NCBI GenBank assembly: GCA_047967505.1 | Contig: CM106538.1 | Direction: 5' to 3' (one strand) | DNA length: 64,000 nt | From: Dipteris shenzhenensis | Taxonomy: Eukaryota | Part shown: piece after piece, positions 38,110 to 50,470 of the stretch | Position numbering within the stretch: position 1 is the stretch's first letter | Layout: the number at the start of each line of letters is the position of its first letter | Made by a program: the position numbers and the translations under genes | The notes under the pieces: generated by a model | Seen by the model: the letters and a program-made list of their open reading frames with translations, nothing else | The model's database searches: none | What the model was told of the DNA's origin: nothing

Positions 38110-40937
38110 TGACAAAACATGTGTAACTCAGGATCTATGGAGCACTCTAAGGTGGATGGAACCTATCTGGAAACATGATGAAGAGAGTGCTCATGACATG
38201 TACCTCAAGTCAATTAGGTTCCAAGATAGATTAACTTGGACTCATAAAGAGAATCTTGAGATAGTGCAAAGTGCTTGATTGATATTACTTCAAATGAACC
38301 TCCCTTTTATAGGTGAGGGTACTTACATCCATATGCTTGCTCACATGTGGGATATCTCCTCCATGCCATGTGGCAGCTTTCCCTTTACTCATACCTTTTC
38401 TCTACAAGTGCTCATGGCACCACAACTCTCAACACCTCCCCTTGGTGTCATGATTCTTTGGCTACTACAAGGTGGTCAGATGTGAGTTACAAATCCATCA
38501 CCTCCCCTTAGTGCATGCATTGCTACTTAAGTTGGTAAAGTGTGGTTTACATGTCAATACCTCCCCTGGGTGCTTTCATAGCTACTCTCAGGTGGTCAGG
38601 TTTGATTTACAAAACATATAGGCAAGGTTGGCAAGGGTTTTCGTTTCTCAATACATTCCATTGATGTCACCATTTGGCTCATGGCTTGATGATGACTCCA
38701 CATAGTTGACTTGTTGGTTCTTCAATCTGCAATCTTCTTCCTTGTGTCCCAGCTTCTTGCAATGGTGACACTTTGGTTTGTTCTTCAATCTGCAGTCACT
38801 TTGATAGTGACCCATCCTTTCACAATGGTAGCACTTCGTTGATGTTTTACTGAATAGTGCTTGTTCTTCATTATAGCTGTTCCGTGTTGATGTTGATGTC
38901 TATGTCGATGCCTTCAACTCTCTTTCTTTTTCGAGAAGAGAGAAAACACATTCTTCAAACTTTGGATTTGGCAAATTCTTCAAAGTGGTTGTCAATGCAC
39001 TATACTCTATAGGCATACTTTTAAGGAGAATTGCAAGTGCATCTTTCTCTCCTACTTTTGCATTTATGCCCTCTAGTTGGGTCATAATGCTTTTGATTTT
39101 GTTGACAAATTGTGCCATGGATTCATTGAAGCCCATGTGCATACCATAGAATTAAATTTTAAGATGGTTTTCTTGGTTTTTGGCTTTTGCACCAAACACT
39201 GTGTTCAACTCATCCCATGCATCCTTGGCATGATCCTTAGAGTCTATATGATGAATTATGTTTGGACCCAAGTGCAATCCAATGAGTGATAGTGCTGCTT
39301 CATCTTTTTCCTTCCAAGCATCATTTTTTGCAATGGGTATGTCTTCTTTTATAGTCTTCCAAAGCTTTTGGTGCATTAGGAGATATCTCATTTGTGTAGA
39401 CCATGTGTGAAATCCATCACTGGTGAGCTTCTCAACAGTTGGGGTGTGGATTGCCATTGCAAAGGTCTTACCAGTTGATGATACTTTCAAATCTGGTAGT
39501 GTCTAGTTGCATACATAAAATCTAAGTTGATAGGCACGTAGAGCTAAAAAAACTGGTAATTTTTCCTTTTTGGAGTGTGTGCAAATTCTTCCTAGATTGG
39601 AAGTTACAGCTTGTCGATGATTCTATGAAGAAGAGGGGGTCTTGATGATGTGGCATAGGGATTCACATGCAAAATTCAAACTGTGCTTACAAAGGGACTG
39701 TGCTTGGGTGGCACTGTGGTGACCTATTACCCCAGTTTAGTTAATCCACAGTTACTGAAACTGTACCAAGATTCAACTGACCTGAATAGTTAACTTAACC
39801 ACAGTTAAAATTACCACCTTATCTGCCACGTGGAATTTTGTGGTGAGACCTTGGAGAAGGAAAAACTTTGCAGAGGCGTGACGATGATGACGGGGAAGAT
39901 GAAATGGCATCAAAGGTGCAGAGGAGAGTTTGGTGCTGCGATGTCGTGGGCACTGGAGCATGGGTTGACTCTGGAGGTAAGGATCCCGTAGGAGCTGATC
40001 ACTTACGAAGCTAGGTGTCTAGTCTAGGGTGCTACTAGAGCCGACAACAGTAGCTTCTGTGGATAGCTTCAGGCCATAGGAGGTCATTGCTATGCTATTG
40101 ATGGAGCTTGCTTGTGACGTTTTGATGCAGCTAGAGCAGGAGCTTGGTTGCTGAAGGATCATTGGAGAGGTGACTAAGCTTGTTGGAGGCGACTTGGAGA
40201 GCAATGTAGCACTATTGTCTCAAGCATTCGTAGCAGCCGTATTTCATTCGGAGCTTGTTTGCTTTGTTGTTGTGTTGGCCATCTGAGCGTCAAAGGCTTT
40301 ACGTGCTGCCGGATCGGTGCAACCAGAGATCGTTGGTGGTGGCTTGTGAGTCACCGTGCGAGCTACACCTTTGTGAGTTGTGAGCGGAAGGTGCCTCATG
40401 GGTTGTAGGCTCTAAAGATCTCTCTCTTCCTCAAGAGCTCTTTCTCTCAATGCAAACCTTTCTCTCTCACTCAAAGTACAAATGAAGATGAACACACACT
40501 CTCTCTCAACTCATAATCTTTTGATGGACGGAATTCCTTTTGCAATGGAAGAATCTCTCCCTAATGGAATGACAAAAATTTCTTTCATAGCAATGAACGG
40601 AATTTTCATTCAATGGACGGAATTCTCTCAATCTAAATCCTAAAAAACTAACCTAGGAGAAAACATGTGCTCCTAAGGCAAGCCTACACCTAATCTAGGA
40701 GACTAGACCTAAGCTTTGATACCATGACAAAACATGTGTGCCTCAGGATCTATGGAGCGCTCTAAGGTGGATGGAACCTATCGGGAAACATGATGAAGAG
40801 AGTGCTCATGACATGTACCTCAAGTCAATTAGGTTCCAAGATAGATTAGCTTGGACTCATAAAGAGAATCTTGAGATAGTGCAAAGTGCTTGATTGATAT
40901 TACTTCAAATGAACCTCCCTTTTATAGGTGAGGGTAC
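38110..40937 (-). mobile_element. Gag-only non-autonomous LTR element (family C). 3' LTR 38110-38434; truncated 5' LTR 40725-40937
   Basis: Near-identical tgacaaaacatgtg...gagggtac repeats; PBS complement gctttgatacca at 40713-40724; PPT complement cctcccctt at 38435; no pol motifs inside. Confidence 0.85.
38725..39460 (-). pseudogene. Copia-type Gag of element C with two CCHC zinc knuckles, frameshifted
   Basis: VEKLTSDGFHTWSTQMRYLL..KLW, AKDAWDEL, LLKSMPIEYSAL, CYHCERMGHYQSDC, CHHCKKLGHKEEDC. Confidence 0.85.
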
Positions 40938-41400
40938 CGCTAGCCCCCCCCCCCCTTCCCCCCTTCCCCCCTTCTCCCCCTCCATGGCTAGCCCCCGCCC
41001 CCCCTCCCCCCTTCCCCCTGCTGGCGGCCGTGGCCGCCAGCCCCCCCCTCCCTCCCTTCCATGGCCAGCTCCCCCTCCCCCCTTCCCCCTGCTGGTGGCC
41101 GTGGCTGCCAGCCCCCCCCCTTCCTCCCCTCCCGCCTCCCCCCCCCCGTTAGCCCCTCCCCCTTCCCCCCCCCGTTTCCTCCCCCGCCCCCCTTCCCTCC
41201 CTCCAGGGGGGGTGGCGACTGCGCCCCCCCTTCCCCTTCCCCTTCCCCCTCGAGGCTGCCCTAGCCCCGTGCCCCTTCCCCCCCTGCCCCCCTTCCCCCC
41301 CTCCTTTCCCCCCTCTCCCCCTCGACCCCGCCCCCGCCTCTCCCTCCCCTCCTCCTCCCTTCCCTCCCACCCCTCCATCCTCTCCTTCTCCTCCCCTCCT
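40938..41400. repeat. Extreme C-rich tract (G-rich on the - strand) with an internal ~70-bp duplication
   Basis: Dense C3-C12 runs; ccttccccctgctgg(c/t)ggccgtggc(c/t)gccagcccccccc occurs twice. Confidence 0.9.
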
Positions 41401-42419
41401 GGTAGGAACCTTTCTCTCTCTAGTTCCTCTCTCTTCAGAAATTTTAAAAAAAATCTAGATAAAGAATTAATCAAAAAAATTTGCAAGTACTTGGAAAAAG
41501 TTTGTAAGTTTGCTCTTTGTTGCTTTCTTGCTCTTCCTTCCTTGCTTTCTTGATCGTCCTTGCTTTCTTGCTTCAATGAATGAAATGAGGGGAGAATGAA
41601 TGAAGAAGGAAGACTACATATAAGAAAAATTAGGTTTTCCTCCTCCTCTCCTATTGGCTTTCCATTCCTCCCCTCTCTCCTATTGGCTTTTCATTTATCC
41701 CCTCTCCCATTGGCTCCCACTACTCCCCCTCTCCCATTGGACCCCCATCCCTCATCCCAATCTTCCATTAGCCCTCCCCCCATCCATTTCTTCTTCCTCC
41801 CCCATTGCCACCACTCCCATCCCACATTTCCACCACGTCCCATACTCCTCCCATTTCCCAAAATCCCATATTTCCCCATCTCACCCTCCTCTTTTTCATC
41901 CCCTATTAACTCCCCTCACTCATTTCACTCCCTTATTATCCTACTCCCCTATTACCTTCCCCTCTCTGATTCCATTCTTCCCTCCCCACTCTCACTTCCA
42001 CTTCCCATTACTCACTTGCCATTTGAAAACTATTAATATATTATTATACTATTTTGTATACTTATTATCATACACCCCTATTACTTCCCTCTCCCATTCC
42101 ACTCCTCCCTCCTCACTCCCACTTCCACTTCCACTTCCCATTACTCACTTGCTATACACATTTGCAAACTATTAATATATTATTATATGATTTTTTATAC
42201 TATTTGCAAACATACATGTGGGCAAAATCACAGGTGTCAAAGCGATCCTATTGTGGTCATACAACAACTGTGCTTTTATTCAAGGGCGTATTTATCCTCA
42301 TCAACAAGCTTATTTACTCAAGGTATGAAGTGCATAATTTGTGCACTAGGTGTTTACTTTGTTGTATCAAAATTGTTTGCCACACACACACACATATACA
42401 CATACCGAGAATTTTCTAA

Positions 42420-45400
42420 TATTATCGCATCTACATTTCTCCGATGGGCACAAAACTTTGTACATGCCTCAACTAGGTCGTATGGACTTGCATACAAAGT
42501 GGTGCACCCATCCCATAAGTACTTGTTTGGATAACACACCTCCAAATGTATTTTATGATGATTGTGCATAACACTAAAAACAAAATGGTGTATAATGTGA
42601 GATCGACTATGCAAAGCATATCCAATGGACACAAGAATTTGCACATTCCTCAACCTAGGCAGTATTGACTTGTGTGCAAAGTGGCATCCCCATCCGATAA
42701 GTACATGTTTGAAAAATACACCTACAATCGTGTTTTTTGACGGTTATACATGACACCAAGGCCAAAAACGGTATTTAATACTCAATCTTCCATGTAAAGC
42801 ATATCCGATGGGCACAATACTTTGCACGTGCCTCAAAAGCGGTGATATGGTATTCCATGCAAAGTGAAACGCCCATTCAATAAGTACTTTTTAGAATATC
42901 ACACCTAGGACCATGTTTTTTATTGGTTGTTGTCCATGACACTAAGGCAAAAATGCTGATGCAACGCATATGCCATCATCACAATACTTTGCACACATCT
43001 CAACCTAGATATTATTGACTTACATGCAAAGTGGCGTGCCCATCCCATAAGTACTTAGTCGAATAACACATCTAGGACCGTGTTTTTTTACGGTCCTGCA
43101 TGACACTAAGGCCAAAACAGTGTTTAATGCTTGTTCGACAATGCAAAGCATATCCGATGGGCACAATACTTTGCACACACATTCAACTAGGTGGAATTGA
43201 CTACATGCAAAGTGGCACGCCCATCCCATAAGTGCTTGATCAGATAACATACCTAGCAACGTGTTTTTTTACGGATGTGCATGACACTAGAGCAAAAATA
43301 GTATTTAATGCTCGATCAACCATGCAAAGGATATCCGATGGGCACAACACTTTTCGTACACCTCAACCTAGGTGGTATTGAAATGTTCTCAATGAGGCAC
43401 ACCCATCCGATAAGTACTTGGTCAGATAACACACCTAAGGGCGTGTTTTTTTGCGGATGTCCATATCACTAGGGGAAAAATGGTGTATAATGCATGATCG
43501 ACCATGCAAAGCATATCCGATGGTGACAATACTTTGCACGCACCTCAACGTAGTTGAAATAGACTTGCGTGCAAAGTGGAGCCCCCATCCAATAAGTACT
43601 TATTTGAATAGCACGCCTATGGTCGTGTTTTTATATGGTTGTGCATGACACAAAGGCAAAAATGGTGTTTTATGCTTGATCGACAATGCAAAGCATATCC
43701 TATGGGCACAATAATTTGCACACACCTTCAACTAGGTGGAATTGACTTACGTGCAAAGTGGCATTCCCATCGCATAAGTACTTGATCAGATAACACACCT
43801 AACAGCGTGTTTTTTTACGGATGTGCATGACACTAAGGCAAAAATGGTATTTAATGCTCGATCGACCATGCCAAGCATATCCAATGGGCACAATACTTTT
43901 CCTATACCTTAACCTAGGTGGTATTAAAATGTTCTCAAAGAGGCACACCCATCCGATAAGTACTTGGTCAGATAACATACCTAAGGGCATTTTTTTTGCG
44001 GATGTGCATATCACTACGGGAAAAACGTTGTATAATGCGTAATCGACCATGCAGAGCATATCTGATGGTGACAATAATTTTCAAACATGTCAACCTAGTT
44101 GAAACAGACTTGCATACAAATTGGAGCCCCCATCCGATAAGTACTTGTTTGATTAATACACTTAGGACCGTGTTTTTTCATGGTTGTGCATGACACTAAG
44201 GCAAAAATGGTGTTTTCTGCTTGATCGACAATGCAAAGCATATTTGATGGGCACAATACTTTGCACACACCTTCAACTAGTTGGAATTGACTTACATGCA
44301 AAGTGGCACACCCATCCCATAAGTGCTTGATCGGATAACATACCTAGCAGCGTGTTTTTTTTATGGATGTGCATGACACTAGAGTAAAAATAGTATTTAA
44401 TGCTCGATCGACCATGAAAAGGATATCCGATGGGCACAACACTTTTCCTACAACGCAAGCTAGGTGGTATTGAAATGTTCTCAAAGAGGCACACCCATCC
44501 AATAAGTACTTGGTCAGATAACACACCTAAGGGCGTGTTTTTTTGCAGATGTGCATATCACAAGGGAAAAAACGGCGTATAATGCGTGATCGACCATGCA
44601 AATCATATCCGATGGTGACAATACTTTGCGCGCACCTCAACATAGTTGAAACGGACTTGCGTGCAAAGTGGAGTCCCCATCCGATAAGTACTTGTTTAAT
44701 TAACACACTTAGGACCGTGTTTTTTCATGGTTGTGCATGACACAAAGGCAAAAACGGTGTTTTATATTTGATCGACAATGCAAAGCATATCCGATGGGCA
44801 CAATACTTTGCACACACCTTCAACTAGGTGGAATTGACTTACATGCAAAGCGGCACTCCCATCCCATAAGTGCTTGATCGGATAACATACCTAGCAGCGT
44901 GTTTTTTTACGGATGTGCATGACACTAGAGCAAAAATAGTATTTATTGCTCGATCGATCATGCAAAGAATATCCGATGGGCACAACACTTTTTGTACACC
45001 TCAACCTATGTGGTATTGGAATGTTCTCAAAGAGACACACCCATCTGATAAGTACTTGGTCAGATAACACATCTAAGGGCGTGTTTTTTTACGGATGTGC
45101 ATATCACTCGAGAAAAAATGGTGTATAATGCATGATCGACCATGCAAAGCATATCTGATGGTGACAATACTTTGCACACACCTCAACGTAGTTGCAACGG
45201 ACTTGTGTGCAAAGTGGAGCCCCCATCCGATAAGTACTTGTTTAATTAACACACTTAGGACCGTGTTTTTTCATGGTTATGCATGACACTAAGGCAAAAA
45301 CGGTGTTTTATGCTTGATCAACAATGCAAAGCATATCCGATGGGCACAATACTTTGCAAAAACCTTCAACTAGGTGAAATTGACTTACATGCAAAGTGGC

Positions 45401-48400
45401 ACTCCCATACCATGAGTGCTTGATCGGATAACATACCTAGCAGCGTGTTTTTTTACAGATGTGTATGACACTAGAGCAAAAATAGTATTTATTGCTCAAT
45501 TGATCATGCAAAGGATATCCGATGGGCACAACACTTTTCTTACATCTCAACCTAGGTGGTATTGGAATGTTCTCAAAGAGGCACACCCATCCGATAAGTA
45601 CTTGGTCAGATAACACACCTAAGGGCATGTTTTTTTGTGGATGTGCATATCACTCGGGAAAAAATGGTGTATAATGCGTGATCGACAAGGCAAAGCATAT
45701 CCGATGGTGACAATACTTTGCATGCACCTCAACATAGTTGAAATGGACTTGTGTGCAAAGTGGAGCCCCCATCTGATAAGTACTTGTTTGAATAACATAC
45801 CTAGGACCATGTTTTTTCATGGTTGTGCATGACACTAAGGCAAAAACGGTGTTTTATACTTGATCGGCAATGCAAAGCATATCCGATGGGCACAATACTT
45901 TGCATACACCTTCAACTAGGTGGAATTGAATTACATGCAAAGTGGCACGCCCATCCCATAAGTGCTTGATCGGATAGCATACCTAGCAGCGTGTTTTTTA
46001 ACAGATGTGCATGACACTAGAGCAAAAATAGTATTTAATGCTCGATCGACCATGCAAAGGATATCTGATGGGCACAACACTTTTCGTACACCTCAACCTA
46101 GGTGGTATTGAAATGTTCTCAATGAGGCACACCCATACAATAAGTACTTGATCAGATAACACACCTAATGGCATGTTTTTTTGCGGATGTCCATATCACT
46201 AGGGAAAAAATGATGTATAATGCGTGATCAACCATGCAAAGCATATCCGATGGTGAAAATACTTTGCACGCACCTCAATGTAGTTGAAATAGACTTGTGT
46301 GCAAAGTGGAGCCCCCATCTGATATGTAATTATTTGAATAACACACCTACGGCCGTGTTTTTATATGGTTGTGCATGATACAAAGGCAAAAACGGTGTTT
46401 TATGCTTGATCAACAATGCAAAGCATATCCGATGGTCACAATACTTTGCACACACCTTCAACTAGGTGGTATTGCCCTAGATGCAAAGTGGTATTCCCAT
46501 CGCATGAGTACTTGATCAGATAACACACCTAGCAGTGTGTTTTTTTACGGATATAGATGACACTAAGGCAAAAATGGTATTTAATGCTTGATCGGCCATG
46601 CAAAGCATATCCGATGGGCACAATACCTTTCCTACACCTTAACCTAGGTTGTATTGAAATGTTCTCAACGAGGCACACCCATCCGATAAGTACTTGGTCA
46701 GATAACATACCTAAGGGCATGTTTTTTTGCGGATGTGCATATCACTACAGGAAAAACGTTGTATAATGCGTGATCAACCATGCAAAGCATATCCGATGGT
46801 GATAATACTTTGCACGCACCTCAACGTAGTTGAAACAGACTTGCCTGCAAAGTGGAGCCCCCATCCGATAAGTACTTATTTGAATAACACACCTACGGCC
46901 GTGTTTTTATATGGTCGTGCATGACACAAAGGCAAAAACGGTGTTTTATGCTTGATCGGCAATGCAAAGCATATCCCATGGGCACAATACTTTTCACACA
47001 TCTTCAACTAGGTGGAATTGACTTACATGCAAAGTGGCATTCCCATCGCATGAGTACTTGATTGGATAACACACCTAGCAGCGTGTTTTTTTACGGATGT
47101 GCATGACACTAGAGCAAAAATAGTATTTAATGCTCGATCGACCATGCAAAGGATATCTGATGGGCACAATACTTTTCCTACACCTTAACAAGGTTGTATT
47201 GAAATGTTCTCAAAGAGGCACACCCATCCGATAAGTACTTGGTCAGAAAACATACCTAAGGACATGTTTTTTTACGGATGTGCATATCACTACGGGAAAA
47301 ACGTTGTATAATGCGTAATCGACCTTGCAGAGCATATCCGATGGTGACAATACTTTGCACGCACCTCAACCTAGTTGAAACAGACTTGCGTGCAAAGTGG
47401 AGCCCCCATCTGATAAGTACTTGTTCGAATAACACACCTAGGACCGTGTTTTTTCATGGTTGTGCATGACACTAAGGCAAAAACGGTGTTTTATGCTTGA
47501 TCGACAATGCAAAGCATATCCGATGGGCACAATACTTTGCACACACCTTCAACTAGGTGGAATTGACTTACATGCAAAGTGGCACGCCCATCCCATAAGT
47601 GCTTGATCGGATAACATACCTAGTAGCGTGTTTTTTTACGGATGTGCATGACAGTAGAGCAAAAATAGTATTTAATGCTCGATCGACCATGCAACGGATA
47701 TCCGATGGGCACAACACTTTTCATACACCTCAACCTAGATGGTATTGAAATGTTCTCAATGAGGCACACCCATCCAATAAGTACTTAGTCAGATAACACA
47801 CCTAATGGCGTGTTTTTTGCGGATGTCCATATCACTAGATAAAAAATGATGTATAATGCATGATCGACCATGCAAAGCATATCCGATGGTGACAATACTT
47901 TGCACGCACCTCAACATAGTTGAAACGGACTTGTGTGCAAAGTGGAGCCCCCATCCGATAAGTACTTATTTGAATAACACACCTACGGCCGTGTTTTTAT
48001 ATGGTTGTGCATGACACAAAGGCAAAAACGGTGTTTTATGCTTGATCGACAATGCAAAGCATATCCGATGGGCACAATACTTTTCACACACCTTCAACTA
48101 GGTGGAAGTGACTTACATGCAAAGTGGCATTCCCATCGCATAAGTACTTGATTGGATAACACACCTAGCATCGTGTTTTTTTGCGGATGTGCATGACACT
48201 AGAGCAAAAATAGTATTTAATGCTCGGCACACCCATCCGATAAGTACTTGGTCAGATAACACACCTAAGGGCTTGTTTTTTTGCAGATGTGCATATCACT
48301 AGAGAAAAAATGGTGTATAAGGTGTGATCGACCATGCAAAGCATATCCGATGGTGACAATACTTTGCACGCACCTCAACACCTCAACATAGTTGAAATAG

Positions 48401-48893
48401 ACTTACATGCAAAGTAGAGTCCATATTCGATAAGTACTTGTTTGAATAACACACCTAGGACCGTGTTTTTTCATGGTTGTGCATGACACTAAGGCAAAAA
48501 CGGTGTTTTATGCTTGATCGACAATGCAAAGCATATCTGATGGGCACAATACTTTGCACACACCTTCAACTAGTGGAATTGACTTACATGCAAAGTGGCA
48601 TGCCCATCCCATAAGTGCTTGATCGGATAACATACCTAGCAGCGTGTTTTTTTACGGATGTGCATGACACTAGAGCAAAAATAGTATTTAATGCTCGATC
48701 GACCATGCAAAGGATATCCGATGGGCACAACACTTTTTGTAGTTGAAACGGAATTCCGGCCGATAAGTACTTGTTTGATTAACACACCTAGGACCGTGTT
48801 TTTTCATGGTTGTGCATGACACTAAGGAAAAAATGTTGTCTTATGCTTGATCGACAATGCAAAGCATATCCGATGGGCACAATACTTTGCACA
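42420..48893 (+). repeat. Satellite array: ~182-bp monomer with a three-monomer ~546-bp higher-order repeat, about 35 monomers
   Basis: ccgatgg(g/t)(c/g)acaa every ~182 bp; variant marker aatgttctc every ~546 bp (about 43380, 43927, 44473, 45019, 45565, 46110, 46656, 47201, 47747). Confidence 0.95.
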
Positions 48894-49024
48894 CGAGCAT
48901 TAAATACTATTTTTGCTCTAGTGTCATGCACATCTGTAAAAAAACACGAGCCTGCTATGTATGTTATCCAATCAAGCACTTATGGGATGGCACACTCCCT
49001 TCCTCCTCCCCTAGTTTTTTCTCT

Positions 49025-49456
49025 TTCACTATCCCTAACTTTGGAGAGTTTGAGAAACTGAACGGGACCAACTACCCGATCTGGAAGGTGAAAATCCGGA
49101 GCCATTAAGTGGCTCGGAAGTTGTGGAAGCTGACAACGGGAGTGGAGGCGAAGCCGGAGGACATGGTGGATAGGCAAGGGAAGATGTTCATGACTGTAGA
49201 CAGAGAGGAGCTCGAAGCTTGGAAAGACAGAGATGCCCATGCTCTGGCATTAATCGTAGGGACTACGGCGGACTCTATTCTTCCACATATCCAGATGGCC
49301 GAGACGTCGGTAGAGGCATGGGTCACTCTGAAGTATCTATACGAGATGGGCAACACCTCTCGGATTTTGCTTCTTCAACATCAACTCTACAACCTTGATA
49401 TGGAAGGAGATACGGTACATAGCTACGTGATGAAGGTTAAGGTGGTGAGGGATCAA
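49025..49456 (+). pseudogene. Isolated Copia gag fragment of another family, embedded in the satellite
   Basis: FEKLNGTNYPIWKVKIRSH*VARKLWKLTTG...AWKDRDAHALALI...EAWVTLKYLYE...KVVRDQ. Confidence 0.85.
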
Positions 49457-50470
49457 CCAAGCATAAAACACCGTTTTTGCCTTAGTGTCATGCACAACCA
49501 TGAAAAAACACGGCCCTAAGTGTGTTAATCAAACAAGTACTTATTGGATGGGGGCTCCACTTTTCACGCAAGTCCATTTTAACTAGGTTGAGATGCATGC
49601 AAAGTATTGTCACCATCGGATATGCTTTGCATGATCAATTACGCATTATACAACGTTCTATCTGTAGTGATATGCACATCTGCAAAAAAACACGCCCTTA
49701 GGTATGTTATCTGACCAAGTACGATGGGTGTGCCTCTTTGACAAAATTTCAATACCACCTAGGTTAAGTCATAGGAAAAGTATTGTTCCCATCGGATATG
49801 CTTTTCATGGTCGATCGAGCATTAAATACTATTTTTGCTCATGTCATCCACATCCATAAAAAAAACACGCTGCTAGGTGTGTTATCCGATCAAGTACTTA
49901 TGCGATGGGAATGCCACTTTTCATGTAAGTCAATTCCACCTGGTTGAAGGTGTGTGCAAAGTATTGTGCCCATTGGATATGCTTTGCATTGTGGATCAAG
50001 CATAAAACACTGTTTTTGCCTTAGTGTCATGCACAACCATATAAAAACACAGCCCTAGGTGTGTTATTCAAACAAGTACTTATCGGATGGGGGCTCCACT
50101 TAGCACGCAATTCCGTTCCAACTATGTTAAGGTGCATGCAAAGTATTGTCACCATCAGATATGCTTTGCATGGTCGATCATGCATTATACAACATTTTTT
50201 CCCGAGTGATATGCACATCCACAAAAAAACATGCCCTTAGGTGTGTTATCTGACCAAGTACTTATCGGATGGGTGTGACTCTTTTAGAACATTCCAATGC
50301 CACCTAGGTTGAGGCATACAAAAAGTGTTATGCCCATCGGATATCCTTTGCAGGATCGATCAAGCAATAAATACTATTTTTGCTCTAGTGTCATGCACAT
50401 CCATAAAAAAACACGCTGCTAGGTATGTTATCCAATCAAGCACTTATGGGCTGGGAGTGCCACTTTGCAA
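49451..50470 (-). repeat. Same ~182/546-bp satellite in inverted orientation (also 48894-48996)
   Basis: Reverse-complement monomers, e.g. aagtattgtcaccatcggatatgctttgcatg and gagcattaaatactatttttgctc. Confidence 0.93.

Noticed and set aside
40894-42175. Pro-rich (extensin-like) and Gly-rich ORFs of 146-223 aa
   Set aside because: Open in several frames only because C/G tracts lack stops; the first starts inside an LTR
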